Of a stretch of DNA of 64,000 bases, positions 50,260-59,900 are shown piece by piece. The notes below the pieces were generated by a model, which made no database searches, had not been told where the DNA came from, and was given only the letters and a program-made list of their open reading frames with translations. Source of the stretch: Chitinophagaceae bacterium (GTDB lineage Bacteria; Bacteroidota; Bacteroidia; Chitinophagales; Chitinophagaceae); contig JBMLOQ010000130.1 of assembly GCA_049242885.1 (NCBI GenBank), forward strand, positions 5,821 to 69,820, read 5' to 3'. Each line of letters opens with the position of its first letter. Positions within the stretch are counted from its first letter, which is position 1. The translations under genes and the position numbers were made by a program.

Positions 50260-50267
50260 CAAATGTA
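50260..50267 (-). promoter_or_regulatory. candidate -7 promoter box (TACATTTG) for the S10-spc cluster
   Basis: Minus strand TACATTTGCACTCCATTTGAAAAAATGG about 30 nt upstream of the rpsJ ATG. It is followed by a CCATTT-GAAA-AAATGG hairpin in the short 5' UTR. Confidence 0.5.
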
Positions 50268-50418
50268 TGGGTAAGTTTTTTAGTAGAAAAATTATTTTAT
50301 TGTTTTTTTTAAAATTTGTTGATAAAAGTTGAAAAATCATTACTTATTACCAAGTTTGGTGATGCACTTACATCTAACTTCTCTTTTTCAAAATACACAA
50401 AACTAACATCATTTTTTT

Positions 50419-51207
50419 TTACCAACCACTGCTTAAACCCTGCTCCAATGCTTTATTATACTTTTCCAAATTAAACTTATAATAGTTGGGCGACTTATGT
50501 GGTACTCCTTTTTTTGTTTCATCTAGCTTTTCCAAAATATCATACCCTATCATTTTTCGCTGAAAATTTCTTCTGTCCAATTTTACATCTAATAAGGTTT
50601 CATAAAGCTTTTGAAGCTCGGGCATGGTAAATTTTTCTGGTAACAAATTATACCCAATTGGCTGATAATGTAGTTGTAACCGCAAAGAAGCCAAAGCTTT
50701 ATCTAGTATTTTTTTATGATCAAGAATAAAATTTGGAAGATTACTCAAATCACACCACTCATAATTTTCTGTTGTAGCATCTGCAATTTGTTTCACTTCC
50801 AAAAAATCAATTAATGCATAATAGCCAACAGTTACAAACCTTTGAATAAGCCAATGGTTTTCGTGAATTACTAATCCATCATTTAACAAATCTTCTATAT
50901 GAAATTCTTTAGTATATCTTTTTGTATCTCCAAATGTAAAAAACTGCTGCAAAAAAACCTCTGTTAACCCAGTTCTATCCTTTAAAACCCTATAAGCAGC
51001 TGCATCGCAGGGCTCATCTTTACTTACAAACCCACCTGGCAAAGACCACATATCTCTATACCTATGTTTTATCAGTAGCACTTTCAACTCCCCTTCATGA
51101 AAACCAAAAATTACACAGTCTACCGATACAGAAGGCAAAAATGAATTTTCACCCACTTTAACCATGGCGTCTAAACTTTCATTCTTTGGAATTTTTTGTT
51201 CAATCAT
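50419..51207 (-). CDS. NrtR-like Nudix-domain transcriptional regulator (degenerate Nudix box plus C-terminal winged helix)
   Basis: The Nudix-box position reads GGFVSKDEPCDAAAYRVLKDRTGL, so the REUxEE glutamates are replaced by RVLKDR. The C-terminal FTMPELQKLYETLLDVKLDRRNFQRKM is wHTH-like. The track start is TTG, and the ATG at 51207 is preferred. Confidence 0.7.
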   Translation of the reverse strand: MIEQKIPKNESLDAMVKVGENSFLPSVSVDCVIFGFHEGELKVLLIKHRYRDMWSLPGGFVSKDEPCDAAAYRVLKDRTGLTEVFLQQFFTFGDTKRYTKEFHIEDLLNDGLVIHENHWLIQRFVTVGYYALIDFLEVKQIADATTENYEWCDLSNLPNFILDHKKILDKALASLRLQLHYQPIGYNLLPEKFTMPELQKLYETLLDVKLDRRNFQRKMIGYDILEKLDETKKGVPHKSPNYYKFNLEKYNKALEQGLSSGW

Positions 51208-51273
51208 TTGTATTAAAAAAGGCAAAAAAAAAATTTTTTCTTGGAATTGTAAAATTTATTTCTATATATTGCG

Positions 51274-51299
51274 TCACAATGACACAATGAGAATTGTGT
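51274..51299. promoter_or_regulatory. candidate operator: CACAATGA direct repeat plus inverted repeat ACACAAT-N4-ATTGTGT
   Basis: TCACAATGACACAATGAGAATTGTGT seen directly in the divergent region between the Nudix regulator and the first glucan-locus gene. Confidence 0.35.
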
Positions 51300-51460
51300 T
51301 ATCTAACGAAAAAACATTTGGCTTGCAATAATAGTATGTATTACATTAGTATTTAAAATTTACTAAACTCAATCATACATAGCATTCCATTTTGTTATAG
51401 TACTTAGTTAAATGTATTCTTCTAATATTAAAAAACAATTGTTTAATTTAAAATTGCTTT

Positions 51461-54400
51461 ATGAAAAAGTTAAGAAGTGCTTTGGCACTGCTGGTTCTTA
51501 CAACTGGGCTAATGGCTCAAGTTTCAGTAAAAAATGGTAATGATGGCATGAAACTCTCGGTCAATGGCAAAGATTTCTTTGTAAATGGAATGAACTGGGA
51601 TTATTTTCCTATTGGAACTAACTACAATTATAGTTTGTGGAACCAAAGTGACGATCTTGTAAAACGAGCTTTAGACAATGAAATGCCACTTCTTAAAAAT
51701 ATGGGGGTGAACACCATAAGACAATATACAGGCGTACCTGCTAAATGGATAAAGTATATTTATGAAAATTATGGCATTTACACCATGCTTAACCACTCTT
51801 TTGGTCGTTATGGTTTAAACGTAAAAGGCAAATGGGAACCTAATACAGATTATGCTAACCCTAATGTTAGAGAATTGCTTTTAAAAGAAACAAAAGATAT
51901 GGTAAACCAATACAAAAACACTCCAGGTTTACTATTATTTCTTTTAGGAAACGAAAATAACTATGGTTTATTTTGGCGTGGTGCTGAAACCGAAAATATT
52001 CCTGTACAAGACAGAAAATCTACTAAAGATGCTGAATTTATGTACAAGCTTTTTAACGAAGCTGCTAAAGAAATGAAAGTTTTAGATCCTAATCATCCTA
52101 TGGCAATATGCAATGGAGATTTATTGTTTCTTGAAATTATTGCTAAGGAATGTAAAGACATTGATATTCTTGGTATTAACGCATATAGAGGAATGACTTT
52201 TACTGACATGTATGACAGAGCAAAAAAAGAATTTCCTAAACCAATAATTCTTACAGAGTTTGGTAGCGATGCTTATAATACACAAGCTAATAAAGAAGAT
52301 CAAGAATACCAAGCTAAAGTTTTAGTAAGCAATTGGAAAGATATTTATGCAAATGCTGCTGGAATGGGTAAAAACAACAATAGCCTTGGTGGATTTACAT
52401 TTCAATTTAGTGATGGATGGTGGAAAACTGGACAAACTGTAAATTTAGACGACCATGATGCTACTGCATCTTGGGCAAATGGTGGTTACACTAATGATTT
52501 TGTAAAAGGCGAAAACAATATGAACGAAGAGTGGTTTGGAATTTGTGCTAAAGGAAAAACCAATGAAAACGGCATTTACGATTTATATCCTCGTGCTGCT
52601 TACTATGTTTTAAAACAAGTTCATCAATTCAATCCATTTTCAGTTGCCAAAGCCAATTTAAATTTTATTGATAATATTCAAATTACCGAAGCAATGCTTT
52701 TGGCTCGTGGCGATAAAGCAGCCTTACAAGCAGAAAGCAAAGGCAACTTATACCTTAGTGATTTACAAGCAAATTTTTACACATTCAACACTGGAGGAAG
52801 TTTAATTACTACACCAAAATCTACTGAAGCTGCTTTGGCAAATGGTTATCCAAACAGACAAGGTTTTGACCACATGCAATCATTTAACCTTGGAATTACT
52901 GCAAAACCTGCTCCAAACGTATCAGCAAATGTTCAATTTAACTTATTGGGCAATGTAGCAGAAAATGCTATTGATGAAGTGTTTTACGAAAATAGAGGAA
53001 GACGTTTTGCAGTGAGTACACCAACAGGGCCTGTATTAATGAATTCAAATAATAGAGTTCAATTGTATAGAGCAAGTTATAGCTGGGATGCAAAAGATTT
53101 TAAACTAACTGGTTTTTACAGAACTGGACATTATCATTGGGCTTATGAAGGAGATATGTTTAACCTTTACCAAGAAGCAAATTATGGCCCAAACATAGAT
53201 ATATACAATGGTGAAGCTCCATTTGGATTTGAGTTAGAAGGTAAAAAGAAATTGAAAGGATTGAAGGTTGCTTTTGGCCCAGAACTTTGGTGGGGAGCCA
53301 ACCCTGCTATATTAGCTAAATACAATTTTAAATTAGCTAAGTTTGATGCTACAGCAATTTTTCATGAAGATTTAGTGCAACGTAGTGGTTTACAAAGTTC
53401 GTTTGCTGTGCCTGTACCAAAAACACGAAAAGCTACTTTTGCTTTAGCAAGAAAATTTGAAAAATTTGGTATTGAAATTGGTGGTATTTGGGGAGGACAG
53501 CCTTTAAATGGTAGGGTTTTTCAACTCGAAAGAGATGGAAAATACTATCAAGATGTAATAAAAAGTACCGACAATTTTGGAGGAAAAGTTAAACTTACTT
53601 ATTCAAGTGGTGCTATTCAATGGTATGGATTATCCTCTTACATGGGCTTAGTAGCAAATGGAGGATTCGATCAAACTCAAACCTTTACTGGATGGCGTTT
53701 AAAAGATGTTGGAAGTGGAAATATGTTTAATGTATTAAGTGGTTTTACATATAGTATTGGAAAATTACAAATTGCTCCAAACTTCATGTATCAAAAACCT
53801 CTAGAAGGGCCACTTTCTGCAAGTGCACAAGCACCAGCAAGACCAAGAAATATTTTAGATGATCCTTTTTCTGTTCGTTCAAATAGAGAAACAGTTGGTG
53901 GAGAATTATTATTAACTTACGATCCTACACCAGCAACTTGGATGTATCAATGGGATAATGACAGAGCAGAAGATGCAAAATTTGCAATAAGTGCTGGCTT
54001 TGTTTTCAGACATTTACCAACAGTTCAAGATGCTGCAATTGGTATCCTAGCCAATAGAAATTTATTTGCTTTCCCTGGCTCTGCTCCTGCTCAAGATTTG
54101 TGGGAAGTAAATACAAGAATTGTATCAAAATTAAACCCCAACTTTGGAATAATTGCCAATTTATATGCTGGTAATGGACAAGCAAATGGTAGCGATGCTA
54201 GAACAATTAATCGCTTTGGTGCAGATGTTAGAACCATTTACAAAAAAATGAAATTCATGGCAATTGCCAAGTTCAACGATTGGGGACCATTTGACTATCA
54301 TAGAGATTTTAACTTAACCTTTCCTTTGCAATTAACTGCTGATATTTCTACAGAAGTTGGCAAGCCAGATTGGTTTGTTTTACCAAGTACAAAAATTGGT

Positions 54401-54565
54401 TTAAGAGCAACATATAGAACGCTTGATAAATATTCTCCACGTTACGCTCCAATTAAAGTTTTAGACCCAGCAGGCAATTGGGTTCCAGATCCAAATGCAA
54501 TAGGTTTTCCAAATGGTAATGAGTGGGAATTTAGAACATACATTCAATTCAATCTAGGCAGATAA
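51461..54565 (+). CDS. secreted fusion protein: clan GH-A (GH2/GH5-like) TIM-barrel glycosidase-like domain plus a roughly 600-aa predicted outer-membrane beta-barrel
   Basis: Signal peptide. GVNTIRQY, LLFLLGNENNY (acid/base-like NE) and PIILTEFGSDAY (nucleophile-like E) lie in the first 400 aa or so. From about residue 430 there are 20 or more amphipathic alternating strands (VSANVQFNLLGNV, FKLTGFYRTG, LKVAFGPELWWG, FGIEIGGIWGG, KVKLTYSSG, FAISAGFVFRH, FGIIANLYAGNG, KIGLRATYRT, EWEFRTYIQFNLGR) with aromatic girdle residues. Confidence 0.6.
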   Translation: MKKLRSALALLVLTTGLMAQVSVKNGNDGMKLSVNGKDFFVNGMNWDYFPIGTNYNYSLWNQSDDLVKRALDNEMPLLKNMGVNTIRQYTGVPAKWIKYIYENYGIYTMLNHSFGRYGLNVKGKWEPNTDYANPNVRELLLKETKDMVNQYKNTPGLLLFLLGNENNYGLFWRGAETENIPVQDRKSTKDAEFMYKLFNEAAKEMKVLDPNHPMAICNGDLLFLEIIAKECKDIDILGINAYRGMTFTDMYDRAKKEFPKPIILTEFGSDAYNTQANKEDQEYQAKVLVSNWKDIYANAAGMGKNNNSLGGFTFQFSDGWWKTGQTVNLDDHDATASWANGGYTNDFVKGENNMNEEWFGICAKGKTNENGIYDLYPRAAYYVLKQVHQFNPFSVAKANLNFIDNIQITEAMLLARGDKAALQAESKGNLYLSDLQANFYTFNTGGSLITTPKSTEAALANGYPNRQGFDHMQSFNLGITAKPAPNVSANVQFNLLGNVAENAIDEVFYENRGRRFAVSTPTGPVLMNSNNRVQLYRASYSWDAKDFKLTGFYRTGHYHWAYEGDMFNLYQEANYGPNIDIYNGEAPFGFELEGKKKLKGLKVAFGPELWWGANPAILAKYNFKLAKFDATAIFHEDLVQRSGLQSSFAVPVPKTRKATFALARKFEKFGIEIGGIWGGQPLNGRVFQLERDGKYYQDVIKSTDNFGGKVKLTYSSGAIQWYGLSSYMGLVANGGFDQTQTFTGWRLKDVGSGNMFNVLSGFTYSIGKLQIAPNFMYQKPLEGPLSASAQAPARPRNILDDPFSVRSNRETVGGELLLTYDPTPATWMYQWDNDRAEDAKFAISAGFVFRHLPTVQDAAIGILANRNLFAFPGSAPAQDLWEVNTRIVSKLNPNFGIIANLYAGNGQANGSDARTINRFGADVRTIYKKMKFMAIAKFNDWGPFDYHRDFNLTFPLQLTADISTEVGKPDWFVLPSTKIGLRATYRTLDKYSPRYAPIKVLDPAGNWVPDPNAIGFPNGNEWEFRTYIQFNLGR

Positions 54566-54585
54566 AACAAATTAAAAAAAATTAT

Positions 54586-55989
54586 ATGAAAAATAATAAA
54601 ACAATTCAAACCATATTATTCAATCTTTTAGGATTAATAATTTTAACTGGTGTTGCTTGCAAAAAAAGAGATGTTACAGGCTTAGAAGCACCAAAGTTTC
54701 CAAAAACAGCAGATGTGTTTATCGACGATTTTACTGGCGATTTAGGTTATGGTGCCTTTGGCGGTTCGGATGTAAGAGCTTTTAGCATAGAAACAAGAGA
54801 AACTTATAATAATTCTCGTCAATCCATGCGATTTGATGTACCAGATGCAAATAGCCCACTTGGCTCATACGCAGGTGGAGTTTTTATAAGCAATTCTGGA
54901 AGAGATTTAAGTGGTTTTAATGCTTTAACTTTCTACATCAAAGCTAATCAAGCAATTACAGTGGGAGAAATTGGTTTTGGCAACGATTTTGGAGCAAACA
55001 GATATGTAGTATCCATAAAAGATTTACCAGTAGCAACAGGTTGGAAAAAAATTATCATTCCAATTCCAGATCCTTCAAAATTAACAGCAGAAAAAGGATT
55101 AATGTATTATGCAGCTGCACCAATAGGCAATAGAGGCTATACATTTTGGATTGACGAAGTAAAGTTTGAAAAACTAGGAACTATAGGTTTAGGCCAAGCA
55201 TCAATTAATAATGGAAATAATACTTCTATTACAACATTTGCAGGTGTAAATACTACAATCACTGGTGTAATTGCTACATTTAATTTACCAACAGGTGTAA
55301 ATCAAGTAGTTAACTTAAGCACAGCTTATTTTGATTTTAAATCTTCAAATACAGCAGTAGCCTCTGTAAATGCAAATGGAGTAGCAACAGCCTTAAGTGC
55401 TGGAACATCTACAATTACAGCAACAATAAGTGGTAAGCCTGCTACAGGAAGTTTAACCATTAATTGTGCAGGTAGATATATAAATGCACCTACACCAACA
55501 AGACCACAATCTAATGTAATTTCAATTTTCTCAGATGCTTATACCAATGTACCAGTTAATTATTACAATGGTTATTGGGCTCCATGGCAAACTACTATTT
55601 CCAATGATTTTACTGTAAATGGAGATAATGTTTTAAATTATAACGTGTTCAACTTTGTTGGAATGGAATTTACTGCACCAACTGTGAATGCAACCAATAT
55701 GACCCATTTTCACCTTGATGCCTTTTTCCCAGGTACAATTGCTCCAGGAAGACAATTAAGGATTATTCTTGTTGATTTTGGTGCAGATCGTTCTTTTGGT
55801 GGTGGAGATGATACAAGACATTCAACCACATTTACTGCACCAACCTTAGTATCACAAAGTTGGGTGCAACTAGACATTCCTTTTTCTGCAATGCCAGGTT
55901 TAGTAAGCAGAAACAATATAGCTCAAATAATTTTAGAAGGTGGCGACAACTCAACGCTTTATGTTGACAATGTTTATTTCTGGCGTTAA
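54586..55989 (+). CDS. surface lipoprotein with CBM-like beta-sandwich, Big_2 Ig-like and C-terminal CBM-like domains (candidate glycan-binding protein)
   Basis: Lipobox LTGVAC. The Big_2-like segment is NTAVASVNANGVATALSAGTSTITATISG. The flanking domains have beta-sandwich sequence character, and the C-terminal one ends ILEGGDNSTLYVDNVYFWR, like the CBM-like domain of the GH16 at 35551-37437. Confidence 0.55.
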   Translation: MKNNKTIQTILFNLLGLIILTGVACKKRDVTGLEAPKFPKTADVFIDDFTGDLGYGAFGGSDVRAFSIETRETYNNSRQSMRFDVPDANSPLGSYAGGVFISNSGRDLSGFNALTFYIKANQAITVGEIGFGNDFGANRYVVSIKDLPVATGWKKIIIPIPDPSKLTAEKGLMYYAAAPIGNRGYTFWIDEVKFEKLGTIGLGQASINNGNNTSITTFAGVNTTITGVIATFNLPTGVNQVVNLSTAYFDFKSSNTAVASVNANGVATALSAGTSTITATISGKPATGSLTINCAGRYINAPTPTRPQSNVISIFSDAYTNVPVNYYNGYWAPWQTTISNDFTVNGDNVLNYNVFNFVGMEFTAPTVNATNMTHFHLDAFFPGTIAPGRQLRIILVDFGADRSFGGGDDTRHSTTFTAPTLVSQSWVQLDIPFSAMPGLVSRNNIAQIILEGGDNSTLYVDNVYFWR

Positions 55990-56039
55990 TAAAATAGATT
56001 TAAACAAATAAATAGCTTAAATAAATTAAAAAATTAAAA

Positions 56040-56876
56040 ATGAACTTTCAAATAATTAAAACAAAAAAAATAAACAAGGCAAACACATTTGCCTACCTAG
56101 CTTTAATAGTTTTGCTAAGTAGTTGCCAAAAAGATGGTATTCAAAATTTACCAAAAAGGTCTTGGGAGCTTACTTGGAGTGATGATTTTAATGGCACTGC
56201 AGGCTCGGCACCAGATAATTCTAAATGGAATTTTGACCTTGGTACTGGTACAAATGGTTGGGGAAACAGTGAGTTACAAACTTACACCAACCAGCCTTCT
56301 AATATTCAGCAAGACGGTAATGGAAGACTATTAATTACTGCTAGAAGTGGCGGTTTTACTAGTGCAAGAATTAATACAAAAGGGAAATTTGCACAAGCTT
56401 ATGGTAGATTTGAAGCTAGAATAAAAACTACTCATGGCCCTGGTATTTGGCCAGCATTTTGGATGATGGGAGCTAACATAGATTCTAAACCTTGGCCTCA
56501 ATGTGGTGAAATTGATATTTTGGAACAAAAGGGTCAAGAGCCTCATATCACTTATAGCACTATACATGGCCCTGGATATGCAGGTGGTAGTTCTATTGCA
56601 AAAATGTTTTCATTAGAGAATGATAGATTCGATAACGATTTTCATATCTATGCTGTAGAATGGGGAACAGATTTTATTGATTTTTATGTAGATGATTTTT
56701 TGTTCCATCGCATTACTCCTGAAACACTTAAAGGAAAAGAGTGGGTATTTAATCAACCATTTTTCATCCTTTTAAATGTTGCTATTGGTGGTAACTATGT
56801 TGGCTTTCCTACAGCTGGCACACCATTTCCACAAAGTATGATGGTTGATTATGTAAAAGTATATAAGCAACGTTAA
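56040..56876 (+). CDS. GH16 endo-beta-1,3-glucanase (laminarinase), lipoprotein
   Basis: Lipobox LLSSC. WSDDFNG, WPAFWMMG and the catalytic motif GEIDILEQ (ExDxxE). Confidence 0.9.
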   Translation: MNFQIIKTKKINKANTFAYLALIVLLSSCQKDGIQNLPKRSWELTWSDDFNGTAGSAPDNSKWNFDLGTGTNGWGNSELQTYTNQPSNIQQDGNGRLLITARSGGFTSARINTKGKFAQAYGRFEARIKTTHGPGIWPAFWMMGANIDSKPWPQCGEIDILEQKGQEPHITYSTIHGPGYAGGSSIAKMFSLENDRFDNDFHIYAVEWGTDFIDFYVDDFLFHRITPETLKGKEWVFNQPFFILLNVAIGGNYVGFPTAGTPFPQSMMVDYVKVYKQR

Positions 56877-56978
56877 TTTATAACAAAAATCAATTCTTAA
56901 AATTCTTCATAAAGCTTTAAAAGATAACTAAATAACTTTTAAAGCTTTGTTTCTTAATAGTCTGTAAAAAAAACCTCA

Positions 56979-59900
56979 ATGAATTCTGCAAGTACTGTAA
57001 ATAAGCCTTTAGAATCGGTAGTAATTAATGATGAAATATTTTATAAAATAGAAAATGTAGATGCTTTGCGTCCATTTTTTATGAGCATTGTAAGCGATAG
57101 TAATCATTGGCTTTTTGTAGCTAGTAATGGTGGTTTAAGTGCTGGAAGAAAAAATGCACAGTTTGCACTATTTCCTTACTATACAGATGATAAAATTACA
57201 GAAAGTGCCGAAAATACAGGTAGCAAAACAATTGTTAAAGTACATCAAAACAATTCTACTGTTTTGTGGCAACCTTTTTCGGTTAAAGACGAAGGAAAAT
57301 TCAATAAAACCAATAATTTGTATCAAAGCAAATGGGGTAATAAAATTATTTTCGAAGAAATAAATCATGATTTACAAATAAGTTTTTCATACGAATGGAG
57401 TAACAGTAACGAATTTGGATTTGTAAAAAAATCTACCCTTACAAATTTATCTAATAACAAAGTTGAAGTTAGCTTTATAGATGGCTTACAAAACATTATG
57501 CCATATGGTGTTCCATCGGATGTACAAAATAGCACCAGTAATTTAGTTGATGCCTATAAAAGAAGTGAACTTTTGCCAGAATGTGGAATTGGTATTTATG
57601 CACTAAGTGCCATAATTGTAGATAAAGCAGAACCAGCCGAAGCCCTAAAAGCTAATATTGTTTGGAGTTTTGGCTTAGATAATGTAACCTACTTATTATC
57701 TTCATTTCAATTAAAAAACTTTATAAAAAATGTAGCAATAACCCAAGAAGAAGATGTAAAAGGTGAAAAGGGTGCTTACTTTATTACTAGTAATATTTCT
57801 TTAGAAGCAAATGCTAACAAAAGCTGGTATTTTGTTGCTAATGTAAACCAAACACAAAGCAATGTTATTGCATTAAATGAGTTTTTAAAAACCGAGAAAA
57901 AATTAGCTGAAAAAATTAAAAGCAGCATTGATTTAGGAACCCAAAATTTGCAACAGCTAACTGCCGCTGCTGATAGTTTGCAATTTACAGCAGATACTTT
58001 AAAAGATACAAGGCACTATAATAATGTTTTGTTCAACATAATGCGAGGTGGCATTTTCGACAACAACTATCAAATTGAAAAATGGGACTTTGAATTGTAC
58101 ATTCAAAAAGCAAACAAACAACTTTTTGAAAGTTTAAGTGCAACCCTTAATTCTTTACCAAATGAATGTAGCATTTTTCAGTTAAAAGCAATTGCTGAGC
58201 AAAGCAACAACAATGATTTTATAAGGTTAGCCACAGAATACTTACCACTAAAATTTAGTAGAAGACATGGAGACCCAAGTCGCCCTTGGAATCAATTTTC
58301 AATCAACACTCGTAGCGAAGTTGATGGCTCTAAAATTTTAGATTATCAAGGTAACTGGAGAGATATTTTTCAAAACTGGGAAGCTTTAGCACATGCATAT
58401 CCAGCGTTTATAGAAGGCATGATTACAAAGTTTTTAAATGCCTCTACATTTGATGGATATAATCCTTATCGTGTAACTAAAGATGGTTTTGATTGGGAAA
58501 CAATAGAACCAGATAATCCTTGGAGTTATATTGGCTATTGGGGTGATCATCAAATAATTTATTTACTTAAATTTTTAGAATTTGCAGAGCAACATCAAGC
58601 AGGATTTTTAAGTTCTAAATTATTGAACAATCATTTTGTGTACGCCAACGTGCCTTACAAAATTAAATCGTATGATGCCATTGTAGCTAATCCAAAAGAT
58701 ACCATTGAATACGACCATGCTAACGAAAAAAATATTCATTATAGAATTGCTACATTAGGTGCTGATGGAGCATTGTTAGCTACAAAAAATGGTGAAATTT
58801 ATAAAGTAAATTTCATAGAAAAAATATTAGCAACCACTCTTGCAAAACTTTCAAACTTTGTACCAGAAGCTGGGATTTGGATGAATACACAACGCCCAGA
58901 ATGGAATGACGCCAATAATGCTTTAGTAGGCAATGGTGTATCAATGGTAACGTTATATTATTTAAGAAGATTTTTAAACTTTTTAATTGAATCATTAGAC
59001 AATAACTCCATTCATAATATTGAAATTTCAAATGAAATTCATAGTTTTTATACTGCTATTGCAGAAACTTTGAAACATCATGAGACATTACTTTCGACTT
59101 CAATTTCCAACAAAAAAAGAAAAGAAATAGTTGATGCTTTAGGCAATGCTGCAAGTAGCTTCAGAAATAATGTTTATGACAATTCTTTCAGTGGCTCAAA
59201 ATCTATAATTTCAACTTGTGAGCTGATTAACTTCTTTAAAACTGCTTTGCAATTTATTGATCATTCTATTAAAGCAAATAAACGAAACGACAATCTTTAT
59301 CACGCCTACAATTTACTCAATTTTGAAAATGATGGTTTAAGTATTTCTTACTTAAGCGAAATGTTAGAAGGGCAAGTTGCTGTATTAAGTGCTGGTATTT
59401 TAACAGCTGAGGAAAGTATAAAAGTTTTAGATGCTTTAAAAGCTAGTTCATTGTATCGAGCTGATCAGAATAGCTATATACTTTACCCAAACAAACAACT
59501 ACCTAGATTTTTAGTAAAAAATAACATCACATCATCAGCAATACAAACTTCTAGTTTGCTTCAACAACTTTTACAAGATGGCAACACTTCAATTATTGAA
59601 AAAGACATACTTGGTGGATTTCATTTTAATGGCAATTTTAAAAATGCCGATGATGTTGCAACGGCATTAAACAATTTAAACGAAGTTTATAGCAACCTTG
59701 TATCTCAAGATAAAGACCTGGTTTTAGATATTTTTGAAACGGTATTTAACCATAAAGAATTTACAGGTCGTTCTGGAACTTTCTTTGCTTTTGAAGGGTT
59801 AGGATCCATTTATTGGCACATGGTAAGCAAGTTGGCTGTTGCTGTGCAAGAAACTTGTTTAAGAGCAATAAGTTCAGGTGCTTCAAATGATTTAATTAAT

